A stretch of DNA of 63,756 nt, counting the filler, from Octopus bimaculoides (Eukaryota), in assembly GCF_001194135.2 (NCBI RefSeq). It is 6 parts of 6 records of this genome, joined end to end, with 100 filler letters (N's around TTAATTAATTAA, not from the genome) between each part and the next. Parts side by side here need not be neighbours in the genome. Positions count along the whole stretch, not along the records: positions 1 to 18,950 come from NC_068984.1; positions 19,051 to 31,476 come from NC_068986.1; 4 more parts are not named here. The stretch is one strand, 5' to 3'. A program made the position numbers and the translations under genes. How positions within the stretch are numbered: the first letter of the stretch is position 1; each line of letters begins with the position of its first letter. Below the pieces are notes generated by a model that was given only the letters and a program-made list of their open reading frames with translations, was not told where the DNA came from and made no database searches. Positions 13,358-26,330 of the stretch are shown piece after piece.

Positions 13358-13623
13358 CAGAGTTCCTCAACAGTTTTTTTACTTATGGATCTCTCTGAAA
13401 AACTACTTTATTCTGGTGTACCCCATAATCATTCAATGCCTACAAACTATTCTTATAGATACTTCTTCCAAAATTCCTACTTTGCCTTTCACTCAATTAA
13501 CTTGTGAAAGGTGAACAATCTAAATACTACTGTGAATCCCAATTTACTCGTTTGTTGCATGGAACCCCAAAAAGCTTATATTGACCCTCAGAGGGCCATA
13601 TAAATCCCGGTTGAAAACTACTG
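13358..13623. mobile_element. hAT (Charlie-like) MITE, 266 bp
   Basis: Perfect 8-bp TSD ATCTAAAT at 13350-13357 and 13624-13631; imperfect TIRs CAGAGTTCCTCAAC / GGTTGAAAACTACTG. Confidence 0.85.
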
Positions 13624-16107
13624 ATCTAAATTGAGTTCTCTCACTCGTTGTTTGCTGGTATATCCATAATCATATATATTTAACCTGATTTCTTACAGTT
13701 TCGCTGAAAGCAAGTCTTACGTCTACTAAACCACATATTCCGTGAGACCTTAAAGTCAGAGTGAATGAAGTTATCTTAACCCTGTGTATATAATTACGCG
13801 TGTATTTTTGTCTCAATGTGCCTTCGTGTATATATATATATATATGTGTGTGTGTGTGCGTGTGTGTGTGTGTGTGTGCACTCCAATACGTAGTTATATC
13901 CATTTGTTTATATACATGTCCCGGTTCAGCACAAACACAATACACACACACACACACGCACACACACACACACACACACACACGCACGCACACACATAAA
14001 AATATGCTAATTTATATATTTTTCATCTATCACTGTCTCGAGCCCTCTTTAGCTATATAGCACTGTCTTGTAAAGTTTTTTAGGTCATGTTTAAGCCGCA
14101 TTTTGTGCTACCATATCACTCCCAAATAGAGAGTTATTGTGAGCTACGCTGATGTCATATATATTACATATTTCGAAATATTCATTAACCAGTGTCTTTA
14201 TTAAAAATGAGTATCTACTCAAACAATTTAGATATTACAAATATCAACAAAACGATGATAATGAAATATATTTCTTTAAATCCACTGCAGACCACAATCT
14301 TGGCAAACTGCCGCTAATACACTACCACTTTAAAAATGAAGTCTATACTGGATAATGTACTCGACACTATGCCACGTGATGTTAATGGGCGAAGCATTTT
14401 TGATTATTGGTCTTCTCAATTAGAACTGACCAGAGGCCAAGCACCAGAAACTTAATCTCGTATTGTAATAAAAAACGGGACCTTTCTGACAGAATATGAA
14501 GTAATTTCAACTGTTTCAAACAATTGTTTTATATCGATTTCTAAGACATAGAAGATTTCTTCCTTTTCAAAAGATTCTTTTGGTATTTAATAGGCTCTTA
14601 ACATTAATTTTATTAGTTCAGAATATGCGAATTGACTTGGATGATGTTCAATAGGCAGAGATAACATTTATTGGACATCACATTTGGTTAAAGTTACTTC
14701 ATTTTCCTTTTAAATAATATTCTTGTTTTCTATTAGCCTAGTTACTGAAAGCCAAGTTTTCTACAAAGAATGCATTTATGGCTTTACTCTGACCGCTTCT
14801 TTTACTGGTTGTTATGAAAATATTCATTTTGGCAGAGATAAAACATATTAATTGTGGATGGCGTTACTTGCCCTGATTCTTATTGAAATCTTTTCACCGT
14901 TATCGCGAAAACAGCTGATGTATGCTTTAAAATTTTAATTCATATTTTACCAATATTGATAACTGGGGCGGAATTCAAAAAAAAAACGATAAGAGAGCTT
15001 CGGTACCAAGTAGCAAAAGATGTAAATTATTTCGCTGTCATTAAAGAGATTTAAAGCAATGTCGGTTGACTAAAGCAGTAATAATTTATTGTGAGCGTAA
15101 ATGGGATTTTTTACGCATAAAACCACAAGGAAGAACAATTTCAAATGTAACTAGAGTAATGCTTTTCAGTAAGAAGTCAGATTCTTATACTCTCTAGTGT
15201 TTTCTACTTTTACTACGCAACAATCATACTCAGAGTTATGATGTTGATATTGCTTATAATGCTTAGAACATTTGTAAATCTTGAAAACTGAAGAAACTGT
15301 ATGTAATTTCTTACAGTTTTTAGTCTTGTCTCTAACATTCATTATTTACATATGTTTGCAGCTCAATCATATTTTATTCTCTAGAAAAAGTCCATAAATG
15401 AATACAATTGATTCGACTACATAATTTTCACTTGCATCACCCTTTAGCCCCTTTTAATTTTATCAACTACCATTACCTCCAAATACATTGACGTTTTTCT
15501 AGTGCCTAAGAAAAAATTATATAAAAAAACTAATGATTCTTCATCCGGTAACCCAACATGATGCCTACTTGTCTGGCACAAATTCTCAAATGACACATTC
15601 TGATTTCATCTTAATAGATTTCATACATTAAAAACCATAAATAAAGAGTACACAATATTTTGAATCTGTAATGTTATGATCTGTTAAATTGTTAAAATTA
15701 CTCTGTATCCGTATTTGTTTTGCAAAAATGTTTTGAATATCAGTTCTAAAGTTTATCGATTCTACATAAAACATAGCAATAGAAAAATATGTATGATAAA
15801 ATAGCGTTTTCTAAGAGACATATTGCACAGTGTTATTGGCTTTGNNNNNNNNNNNNNNNNNNNNNNNNNNNNNNNNNNNNNNNNNNNNNNNNNNNNNNNN
15901 NNNNNNNNNNNNNNNNNNNNNNNNNNNNNNNNNNNNNNNNNNNNNNNNNNNNNNNNNNNNNNNNNNNNNNNNNNNNNNNNNNNNNNNNNNNNNNNNNNNN
16001 NNNNNNNNNNNNNNNNNNNNNNNNNNNNNNNNNNNNNNNNNNNNNNNNNNNNNNNNNNNNNNNNNNNNNNNNNNNNNNNNNNNNNNNNNNNNNNNNNNNN
16101 NNNNNNN

Positions 16108-16149
<42 letters not shown>

Positions 16150-16855
16150 ATAAATACAGGAACACAGAATAAGAAACAAATATAAAGCATATAAATATAC
16201 AAGCATGAGAAGGTAAAGAATATTATATTCACCTCTAATTTTATGAAAAGAGACTTTGTGAGGTTGTAACGTTCTGGAGTTATGCTACACTGTCAAGAGG
16301 AGACTCAGATTTTAAAAGAATGGATAATTAAATACTTTGTGTATGGTCTAAATTTCCAGATTTATTGAAAAGATGACATCATATTGCTCGACAGTCATGT
16401 CGATTTGAAGGGAATTAGTGACTTAGAGCGAACTTCATCACGCATATTGTTATTGTGTACAACCCGTCTATAAACAAAATACGTGAAGTCGGTTTATACC
16501 AATAATCGATACAATAATTTATTTCATCATGCAGTATGCTTCTCAGAGTATTCAAATCTGCTATTTGTTTTGGTGATTAATGATCAAAGTTTGAGCTAAT
16601 GCCGCATGAATGCAAACCAATCAGTATATAGTTTGCCAAACAACCAATTTAAAGAGAATTAGAGGAAATGAAATACTTAATTTCTATTCCCTTATTAAAT
16701 GAATAAAAATAATTTCTGAAGAAATATTCGAAAGCTGGCTAATGAACATTTCTGGAGTGAAAATAACGACCGTGATTAATATAGCTTATTTTTTATTGAT
16801 ATGTGTGCGTGTGCGTGCGTGTGTGCGCGTGCGTGCGTGTGCGTATGTGTGTGTG

Positions 16856-16901
<46 letters not shown>

Positions 16902-17790
16902 TGCGTGTGTGTATATGTGTATTCTTTCCGAAATTCATGCTCAGAAAAAATAAAATTGTTTCATTTCCGGTGATAATTAAATGGCGATATAGTCTTATAT
17001 GTATGTAACGTTTTGCTATTGACAGTATGGTGCTGAATGTTGCAAGATCAATTATTATGAGAATTGGGATATGTGCCAAAACTAAAACTATTGATTCCCC
17101 AAATGACAATTTGAAGACGAGTCCATTAATGGAAGTGTAAAAATTGAAGGGTGTGCTGGTGGAGAATATTTTATTCCCATTGTCGGTGTAAATGATGAGA
17201 GGTAGCATTTGTTGGACTTCTAAATAAGATGAAAGAAAACAACCGATTCAAGATTTTCCTTTGTATCAATGTGCAGCTTGAAAGAATGATGCCTGTAGAG
17301 ACTTTTAGATGGAAAAATCGATAGAATCTATTGTAGATAAAATTATTTCAGAGAAAGCTTAACGCTATTTTCTAATCTATAGGAAAAAGAATGGTAGATG
17401 GATGTAAATAGAAATGTAAAAAGTATTTATATAAGCAGTCATCTAATAACAAAGATGTGTTTGCAGTGTATGAATCAAGAAAACAAAGGCCATATAAATA
17501 ATATTTAACATATTAGTTGAAATATGAAATGTCTTACAGAGTTTGCACAACATTAAATTTGGAAGGAAAATCACCCACTCCGGAAATGCAACAGGCGTAT
17601 TTATTTCAGATATGATGATAAAAGTTAACGTCAAACGTCCTGAAGTATAATAGAGGTAAATGTGTGTATGTGAGTGCGTTATCTTTGGGCGTACATATAT
17701 TCTTGTGAATATTCATCACATATTATTTTGTATTCATGAACACGTACACACACATATATAAAGATATTTGAAATTATATATGTGCGTGTA

Positions 17791-17843
<53 letters not shown>

Positions 17844-18248
17844 ATGTGTGTGTGTGTGTGTGTGTGTATGTACGAATGTATATAAGTATGTATGTATGTC
17901 ATTTACCAACGATATACATATAACTGCATTTAAGCACCATGCTTCCGTATCAGAAGTTCTCTCAAAGAAAATAATGCAGTATTCACCGTTCTAACAAAGT
18001 ATCCATATAATTTCGAGATAAAAATTGCCTATATGTATGAGTGCATGTGTNNNNNNNNNNNNNNNNNNNNNNNNNNNNNNNNNNNNNNNNNNNNNNNNNN
18101 NNNNNNNNNNNNNNNNNNNNNNNNNNNNNNNNNNNNNNNNNNNNNNNNNNNNNNNNNNNNNNNNNNNNNNNNNNNNNNNNNNNNNNNNNNNNNNNNNNNN
18201 NNNNNNNNNNNNNNNNNNNNNNNNNNNNNNNNNNNNNNNNNNNNNNNN

Positions 18249-18301
<53 letters not shown>

Positions 18302-18950
18302 GAAAGAAAATGCACACAGGTTACATAGTTTCAATATATTTAAAATGAACGAGTATTGTGGTTGTTGACCGGTTTTCTTTTCGCTAATCATTACATTTGA
18401 ATTATTGTGATTTCGTATTTTCTTAAGATTCTAGTCCATGTTCATGTATGAAACTTTGTGGATGAATCAACAAGTAGAAAAATCAATCTAAAGTGAGGTA
18501 AATGGTGATAGTTATTACTCGGGACAGCGATGGGGCAATTGCTTATTTTTGGTGGGTGATAACTGAACATACAAAAATTTATATGATAAAGTAGTGAGAT
18601 GAAATACGTACAATGATGGATATGTGATCATGAATTAAAATATATACCGAGACCAAAACTGGTTGCGTTTATATTTAGGCGTGTTCTGTACTTTTTGATA
18701 AATAAATGTTCTTTATTTAAACGTTCTGGTAGAGAAAATGTTTCTTTGCACTGGTAGATGGGGAAAACTGTGTGAAAACTTATAAGACTAATGCAAGAGT
18801 GACAACAATTAAGATAATTTACCTCCCGTGCGTTATATATTTATTATTTATTTATTCATTCTTACAGCCTCGAGTAATTTTTGCATTCACAATTGTCTAA
18901 GTCTCTCTTTACATGAAATTACTAATAGCCGTGTTAACCTAAACATATAT

Positions 18951-19050
18951 NNNNNNNNNNNNNNNNNNNNNNNNNNNNNNNNNNNNNNNNNNNNTTAATT
19001 AATTAANNNNNNNNNNNNNNNNNNNNNNNNNNNNNNNNNNNNNNNNNNNN
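18951..19050. other. Scaffold gap with synthetic linker (44 N + TTAATTAATTAA + 44 N)
   Basis: Identical 100-bp construction recurs five times; the linker has TAA stops in all six frames. Confidence 0.95.
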
Positions 19051-19393
19051 GTTCAAGCGGGATCGTTGCCAGTGCTCCTGGACTGGCTCATGTGCGGGTG
19101 ACACATGAAATGTTTCGAGCGGGATTGTTGCCAGTGCCCCTGGACTGGCTCTTGTGCGGGTGGCACATAAAAGACACCATTTCGAGCGTGGCCGTTTTCG
19201 TGCGGGTGACACGTAAAAGCACTCACTACACTCTCTGAGTGGTTGGCGTTAGGAAGGGCATCCAGCTGTAGAAACTCTGCCAAATTAGATTGGAGCCTGG
19301 TGTTGCCATCTGGTTTCACCAGTCCTCAGTCAAATCGTCCAACCCATGCTAGCATGGAAAGCGGACGTTAAACGATGATGATGATGATGATGA
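19051..19393 (+). mobile_element. 3' UTR of the RTE-type LINE family with (GAT)n tail
   Basis: Starts gttcaagcgggatcgttgccag, matching the last bases of the LINE at 43978-44001; ends gcggacgttaaacgatgatgatg. Confidence 0.8.
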
Positions 19394-20484
19394 TTTATAT
19401 AAACCCAGATACATATTGACAACACACAGTTACAAATATATAACTAGATAAACACACAAATTCATACACACATACCCATATCTACATAAACACACATGCT
19501 CTTGTATGTTTATATGATATTTCATACAACTACTTACACATACTCTCATACAATTACATGCACACACCAATAAGAATATTGCAGTTGGGGGAGGTGAAAT
19601 TAAGTATAAAAAAAATAAAGGTATCATAAAAATAATCTGTGGTATCCAACAGGCTGGTTTGATCCCTTTTTCTCCCACCTCACCAACTGCTGCTACTAGG
19701 CTAACAGTCAGACACACAACCACTTATCCACCCACCCACCCAACAGAGAAGGAGTAGTAGTGAAGGAGGGACCCAGTCACATGTTTCCAGAAATGTGTTA
19801 TGTAAATACTATACACTGGATGTGTAACTCTATGTGTGTGTGCATGTATATGTGTTTGTGGTGGGATGGTATATATGTGTGTTTATGTGTGTGTGTGTGT
19901 GTGTGTAAGTGTTTGTGTATGTGTGTGTAAGTGTTTGTGTGTGTGTGTCTTCCCTGATACACATATAGACACACACCCGATTGTTGACTTGGTCATGGTG
20001 ATTGCTGTGATGATAATGATGCCACTGATGATGATGTTTCTTGTAGCATTGAGATGTTGGAGTTAATGGTGATGGTAGGGGTAGGGGTAGTTCTTCTGAA
20101 GGGTGGAACTGATGTAAATGAGGCTGAGACAAGAAAATGCTGATCTGTGTGTAACTAATTCAGTGTATATATATGTAGAATGTGTATTGGTTCTATTATG
20201 TATCTCTATATGTATGCACTCACACACATGTGTATACACAAAAATATGTGTGTGTGTGTGTGTTTATATATAAATGCATCCAGAAACTGTCACAAGAGGC
20301 TGCTTGACTGAGTAGAGGCTTTCAAAGACCTAATCCGAAAACCTCTCTTCTCAGTCTTGCCTTCAGAAATAATGCAGTGAACCAATGATAGTCCGTCCTG
20401 TTGGAAGCCTATCTCCATAAATGCTACTGTTCACAAATCCACTTTGTGTGTTAATAATATTGGCATAATGACTCTCCTAGACAT

Positions 20485-20559
<75 letters not shown>

Positions 20560-20562
<3 letters not shown>

Positions 20563-21135
20563 CGACATGGTTTCTATAGCTGGATGCCCTTCCTGATGCC
20601 AACCACTTTACTGAGTGTGCTGGGTGCTTTTACATGATACCACACAAGCGCTTTTATGTGGCACCAGGACAAATGCCTTTTACATGGCACTAGAGTACAG
20701 GTCTTCTTGAGTACACCAAGGTGCCAGGCCTCACAGTCCTTTGTCATCTTATCTGAAAGGTTCAGCATCCTCAAGTTGTCCTTCAGTATTTCATCCCATG
20801 TTTTCCAGGGTCTCTCACTTCCACGTGTTCTGTCTACTCTGAGAGATCGACACTTCTTTATGGAGCTGTCAGCATCCATCTGCATCACATAACTAAACCA
20901 GCACTGTCTTCTCTCTTGCACACTGCATCTAATTCCTCTTATGCCTAACGCTTCTCCCAATACACTAGCACTCTGTCAAACATGTACACATACATTACAC
21001 ATCCAGTGGAGTATATCAGCCTCATTCCTCGGCATTCAGGGCTCACGTCTCACTACCATGTAGAATCGTTGTATGTATACATGCATCATACAATCTTCCT
21101 TTCACTCGGAGAGAGAAACCTTTTGTAGTCAATAG
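20560..21135 (-). mobile_element. Decayed RTE-type LINE 3' part (ORF2 C-terminus plus UTR)
   Basis: ORF 20574-20960 GIRCSVQERRQCWFSYVMQMD...RGSERPWKTWDEILK parallels 43333-43650 (SCGVQERRLRWYGHVARM...GRGRPKKTWDEVVK). Confidence 0.8.
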
Positions 21136-21151
21136 AGGTAAAAGATATATA

Positions 21152-21737
21152 TGCTGGGTGTGGTGAATAAACTGTCATCTAAATTACGCAAAAATGAAAA
21201 TAACACTGACATCTCATTTTAACAGATATATTTACCAAAATTACATAAAAATATCTTGAAATGCTAAACAGTAAATTCATTCAATAAAACGCCATTGGAT
21301 TCAACCATGGCCTCCAGACGACTTCAGAATCTCCTGCAACTCTTCTGGACAGTTTCCTTGTTTAAGTTGGTGAATGCNNNNNNNNNNCATTTTAACAGAT
21401 ATATTTACCAAAATTACATAAAAATATCTTGAAATGCTAAACAGTAAATTCATTCAATAAAACGCCATTGGATTCAACCATGGCCTCCAGACGACTTCAG
21501 AATCTCCTGCAACTCTTCTGGACAGTTTCCTTGTTTAAGTTGGTGAATGCTGCTATAATCCTTGCCTTCAGTTCATCTTTGGTGTTACAAGCAGTTTTGT
21601 TGGTCTTTCGCTCAACTGTACCCCATGCATAATAATCAAGGGGGTTGCAGTCTAGGGAGTTAGGTGGCCAGATGTTAGGGGTGATGTGGTCGCAGAAATT
21701 GTCTGACAGCCATAGCTGGGTTCTCCTGCTTGTGTGG
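21152..21737 (-). mobile_element. Tc1/mariner-superfamily transposon 3' half
   Basis: Minus translation HTSRRTQLWLSDNFCDHITPNIWPPNSLDCNP[frameshift]LDYYAWGTVERKTNK...KDELKARI...RLEAMVESNG matches the WPPNSPDLNP.DY..W motif. Terminal sequence is shared with 47881-47946. Confidence 0.8.
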
Positions 21738-22799
21738 TTACCAAATTGCAGAACTATGATATGTCATTTATGGCAGAAGAGTTCAACATATTTATTTTTT
21801 GGACAAGATGAGGTTTTAGACAGGAGATGCAAACTCTAAGTGTGGGTGTATTAGAGCCATATATAGCTTTAAATAGATAGATGGTGAATGGCTTACAAAA
21901 GTCTTACTGAGTGATGCTAAGACACCTTTGGCTTTTTTTGATGATTTTAGAAATATTGTTCCTTCAATGCATATCATTGTTGACAATAATATCTAGGTCA
22001 CATTTAGGAGTAGACTCAAGTTTGATGTTGTGGAGAGAGAAAATAAAGTTTGGGGTTTTCCTTCTAAAGTGTATAGCAGTGTACTTGTCTACAGTCAGCT
22101 CAAATTGCTAGTCAGCAATCCATTGCTGCATTGAGTCCAGGTCAGATTGCAATAAAGATCTACAACATATGGGATCTGTTCTTTTTATCTCCTGTTCAGC
22201 TTAACCCTTTAGCATTCAAATTATTCTCTCAAATGCAATGCTTATTTATTCACACTGTTTTAAAATATTATTTTATTGTCTCATAGCATCAAGATTTTGA
22301 ATATCTGATTGTGTATTTGTAAAATGACATTGTAGGGAAGGTGTAAGAGGTCAGATCTGATTGGTTTGAACATAAAATAGAGAGAAAATTTGGACCGGAT
22401 ATAACCAGTTTAAATGCTAAAGGGTTAATGTTGTCTGTGTATTTTAACACAGTAACATGCTTCAAGTTGGCATCTATTTCATTAATGTATACAACTAATA
22501 ACATGAAGTGAGGATTGCTCTAAGCATTTTAATTTATTAAATGTTCATAGAACATGATTATCTGTATAGGAACATCAAACTATGTTAACTACAAACACAT
22601 GCTTGTGTTAATTTCTATATTTAAATATTCCTATGGCTTTAATTAAAACGCAGTCAAGTTCTTTCGAGGTGAATACAAGGAAGAGGTTGGCAAACCAAGA
22701 CGTTTTAAGCTTACTTTACTCAATTCACTTAGTTATATTTGATCAGTTGAAGTGGTGATCAATCAATGGTCATGATGTGTTTGTTTGGTAGGAAACTGT

Positions 22800-23060
22800 T
22801 ATCCCACTGGCCTAGCAGTTAAGGTGTCCATTCATGATCATAATGCTGTGGTTCAGTTCTTCATCTGGTGTCAGGCTGTTTCTTTGAATGAAGCACTTCA
22901 TTTCTCATTACTCCAATTTACTCTGCTCAAACGAGTACCATTAGCTGGGGTTTTAATCTTCCAGTGAACTGGCATCTCATTTGAATGGGGGAAGGGATTC
23001 CTGTTGTTCCAGCCACTTATACATCTTTGAAATTGGGATAAGCTCCAACTGAATGAGTTT
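22800..23060 (+). mobile_element. Old tRNA-derived SINE with a conserved-looking central domain
   Basis: Head tggcctagcagttaagg...; aagcacttcatttc segment shared with 52030; then ccagtgaactggcatctcat...gaaattgggataagctcc. Confidence 0.55.
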
Positions 23061-23119
23061 CAGAAAGATTTTAACATTTGTCTATGTATACATATATCTG
23101 TGTGTGTGTATACACGCAT

Positions 23120-23162
<43 letters not shown>

Positions 23163-24649
23163 TTAAATGTTTACAAGGTAAAGGTTGACAGTGACTTGAC
23201 TTTGAAGTTCCACCTTGCTCACTTTTGTCAGGCTGTGCTATCCTTGGCTTATTTTTGACTTCATACAGTCTTTGGGAGTTTTTTTTTGGGGGGGGGGTTA
23301 GGTGGAGTTTTGTGAAATGGTAATTAGGTGTGATGTAGGGAAGTAGATGTATAGGGAGGAGGATAGGTGGGAAGTATGTATTTGTAGGTGGCTTTATAGA
23401 AAGCTGTTGTGAGGAGATTTTGTTTGATTTGATGTGGGAATTGTGTTATTGTTTAGGGTTCAGTCAAGCATGGAAGAAACTGTGTAAACAGGTCTGTTTA
23501 ATTCACTTCACTTGTTGTCCATGCTTCTTTCTTAATATTGTCCTTCTTCATTCACATTTTACATTGATCATCCTTCTCAGTTATCAAATTATCTCTCCTT
23601 CTCAACTATCATTCATCTTTCATTCAACCCATACACCACATCTGCTCTCCCCTAATTCTTTTGTAACCTCTACTCAACCACATTCTCTGTCTCCATTCCT
23701 ATTCACTTTCTTGTACCTTGAGGGTTCACCCTAACACTTCATCACCACTATTTTGTCTCTTTACTCTTCCAGCCCAGTTACTCATGCCAACTCTTCTGTA
23801 ATGTATGTTGCTTCTCTACAACAAGGAACCTGTTCTGTTCTGGGCCCCTCCTCTCATACTTTACCCCATCATCTCCTAGCATAAGATCACCATATTCACA
23901 CACATACGCACACACACACACACACACACACACAGAGTTATAAACATTTATATGGGTAAATACATATAGATACAGGCATGTCTGTGTGACTCAGGAGAAA
24001 TTTTTTTGTGTTAATAAAACCAGCTTGTACATTTATTTCTCTACTAATCTGGTATTTGGATCATAACTTAACAAAGGGATTTTGCATGACAGAAGGTTTT
24101 GATTTCAATTCAAGCACTTTAAAATAGAAGGGATTTTTATCAGACTGTCAGACAGACTGTCTGACAGACTGTCTCAAGTAGGGTTTTTACCAAAATATTA
24201 AACAGTCCCTTCCTCTTTGACAAAAGTGTGCCAATTTATAGCATTAAGGCTGCCGCCACACTTTTCATGTGTTAAATCGGATTTACTCTTTAAGGTCTCC
24301 TTTTTTTTCTTTCACATAAACAACCTAATCTGTTTTATTAATCAATCCTTCTCTACTTCTGATGATCTCCCCCACCTTTGCTCTTTTTCCTTTACTGAGG
24401 TTCCTCTGTTGTGCCTTTCATCTTAATCCACTCCACTCTTTATTTTAATCCCTTAACTAATGTCACCACCACCACCACCACTGCCATCCATCCATACTAA
24501 TCAAACTGACTTAAAGCAGTGTGCTTGTACAAGTGAGAGGCTGGAAGTCAGGTAATAAGAGTGTAATTAACACCACCACCACTGCTGTTGCTGTACCACT
24601 ACACAAACATTAGACCCACAGTCAATTCCTAACATTACCACTGTCGTCA

Positions 24650-25175
24650 CTTATTCCAACAACGACCATGAGCCAATGAGAGAGCCTCTATATGGTTACT
24701 CATTCAGTTAGAAAAAACAGCTAGATCACCATCAGATCACACCCTACTATCTTAAAAAAATGAAGGACACATTGGACGATGTAGTCCTATATACTCTTTG
24801 GCTGGAGAAAATGGTATCGTTGCCAGTGCCGATGGACTGGCTCCTGTGCAGGTGGCACATAAAATACACCATTTCGAGCATGGCCGTCACCAGTACTGCC
24901 TGACTGGCCCTCGTGCTGGTGGCACGTAAAAGCACCCACTACACTCTCGGAGTGGTTGGCGTTAGGAAGGGCATCCAGCTGTAGAAACTCTGCCAAATCA
25001 GATTGGAGCCTGGTGTCGCCTCCTGGTCCACCAGTCCTCAGTTAAATCGTCCAACCCATGCTAGCATGGAAAGCGGACGTTAAACAACGATGATGATGAT
25101 GATGATGGTCGTGGTTAGACTACCTTAAATCATAGATCTGTTAACTAAGGACTGAAATAGGGTTAAACAACAACA
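24650..25175 (+). mobile_element. Unclassified interspersed repeat with (AAC)n tail, split by a LINE 3' insertion
   Basis: cacaccctactatcttaaaaaaatgaaggacac...gatgtagtccta matches the reverse complement of 26200-26260 and 60320-60375. It resumes after 25108 and ends gggttaaacaacaac. Confidence 0.5.
24804..25108 (+). mobile_element. RTE-type LINE 3' UTR with (GAT)n tail
   Basis: Highly similar to 19051-19393 (ggttggcgttaggaagggcatccagctgtagaaactctgccaaa...catggaaagcggacgttaaac). Confidence 0.8.
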
Positions 25176-26129
25176 CTACCATCTAAATACAAACCTAATC
25201 AAGTCCTGTCAGCTGTTTTCTCAGAAGATAATTAATTTTTCTTCCTCCTCTACCACCCACCTATATAACATGGAGCCTTAATCCTAAGCAGAGATGGTGA
25301 TGGTAGTAGTAGAGGTAGGATACACCTGTGCACTACTTATGTAGGGGAAGGTAGAATTATATCACAGGGGCCACTAGTTTTGTTCAGCAGCTGCTGTCTT
25401 TTTGTCTCTCCTTTTGATAGCTTATTGTTGTTGGTGGTGGGTTGGTAATTCATGGCAGTGGTGGTGGTGGTGGTGGTGGTGGTGGTGTCGGTACTTGGGG
25501 CAGAGTTCATGACAGCGGTAGCAATGGTTGTATCTAGCACTGATCAAGCAAACCTATAGTTAAAGTCATTCCAGTCCTAACTATTCTGTGGTTTCATATA
25601 CCTGGAACTGCATTATTTAAAGGATCCATTTTTAAAGACTATTGGATCTGATACAATAGAATTTGGCTGCGATTTCTAGCTGGTCTCCCTTGTTGGCTCA
25701 CTTGTATCTCCCTTGTTGGATCACTATATAATGGTGATGATAGTAGTGGTGGTGGTGGTGGTGGCGGCGGCGGTGGTGGTGATTGATGTTGGAGGTTGTC
25801 GTTTAGCTCCAGGTCGACTTCAGACCAAGAAGACTTATAGCAGGCAGGTGGCAGATTTGCATGATCCACAGATGCATCATTCAGATATATCATTACTGCC
25901 ACCTGGTTGCTGTCCAAACTATGCTCTCAAACATGCAGTGGTTTATCATAGGGAGTACCATCTGGTCATCTGGTTCCTCCAACCTGAGTCTTTTAAACAT
26001 GGTAGGGTATCAGTCCTACACCCAAATCTTCAACCAGGCTTAGGACAGGCTATGACAGGGTTATTTGGAATATGCAGTGATATATTTTCAGTGTTGCTCA
26101 TTTTTCATGCCTCTTAATATTATCAACAC

Positions 26130-26330
26130 AGATCCAGTAAACCTATGACTAAGGGCTTTAACCATTCCTGCTATAACCATCCTGACTTTTATTTGGACAC
26201 AGTGTATCTAGGACTACATTATTCATGTGTCCTTCCTTTTTAAGATTGTAAAATTAATTTGAGTGAGATTCAGCTAGTATTTCTAGCAGGTTTAGTGATC
26301 AAGTGGGAACTCTCTTGTTGGTTGTCTTCA
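26130..26330 (-). mobile_element. Copy of the unclassified (AAC)n-tailed repeat
   Basis: agtgtatctaggactacat...tgtcc...ttaagat shared with 60320-60375. Confidence 0.55.

Noticed and set aside
14422-14460. ctgaccagaggccaagcaccagaaac, a hammerhead-like spacing
   Set aside because: The core is disrupted and there is no stem I, stem III or NUH triplet.
18995-19006. Palindromic TTAATTAATTAA repeated five times in the window (also 31521, 52526, 60140, 62647)
   Set aside because: Always centred in an exact 44 N + 12 + 44 N block. It is a synthetic six-frame-stop scaffolding linker, not biology, and order and orientation across these joins are uncertain.
21215-21550. Exact 163-bp tandem duplication in the Tc1-like element
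   Set aside because: The two copies flank a 10-N gap and are identical, typical of unmerged overlapping contig ends.
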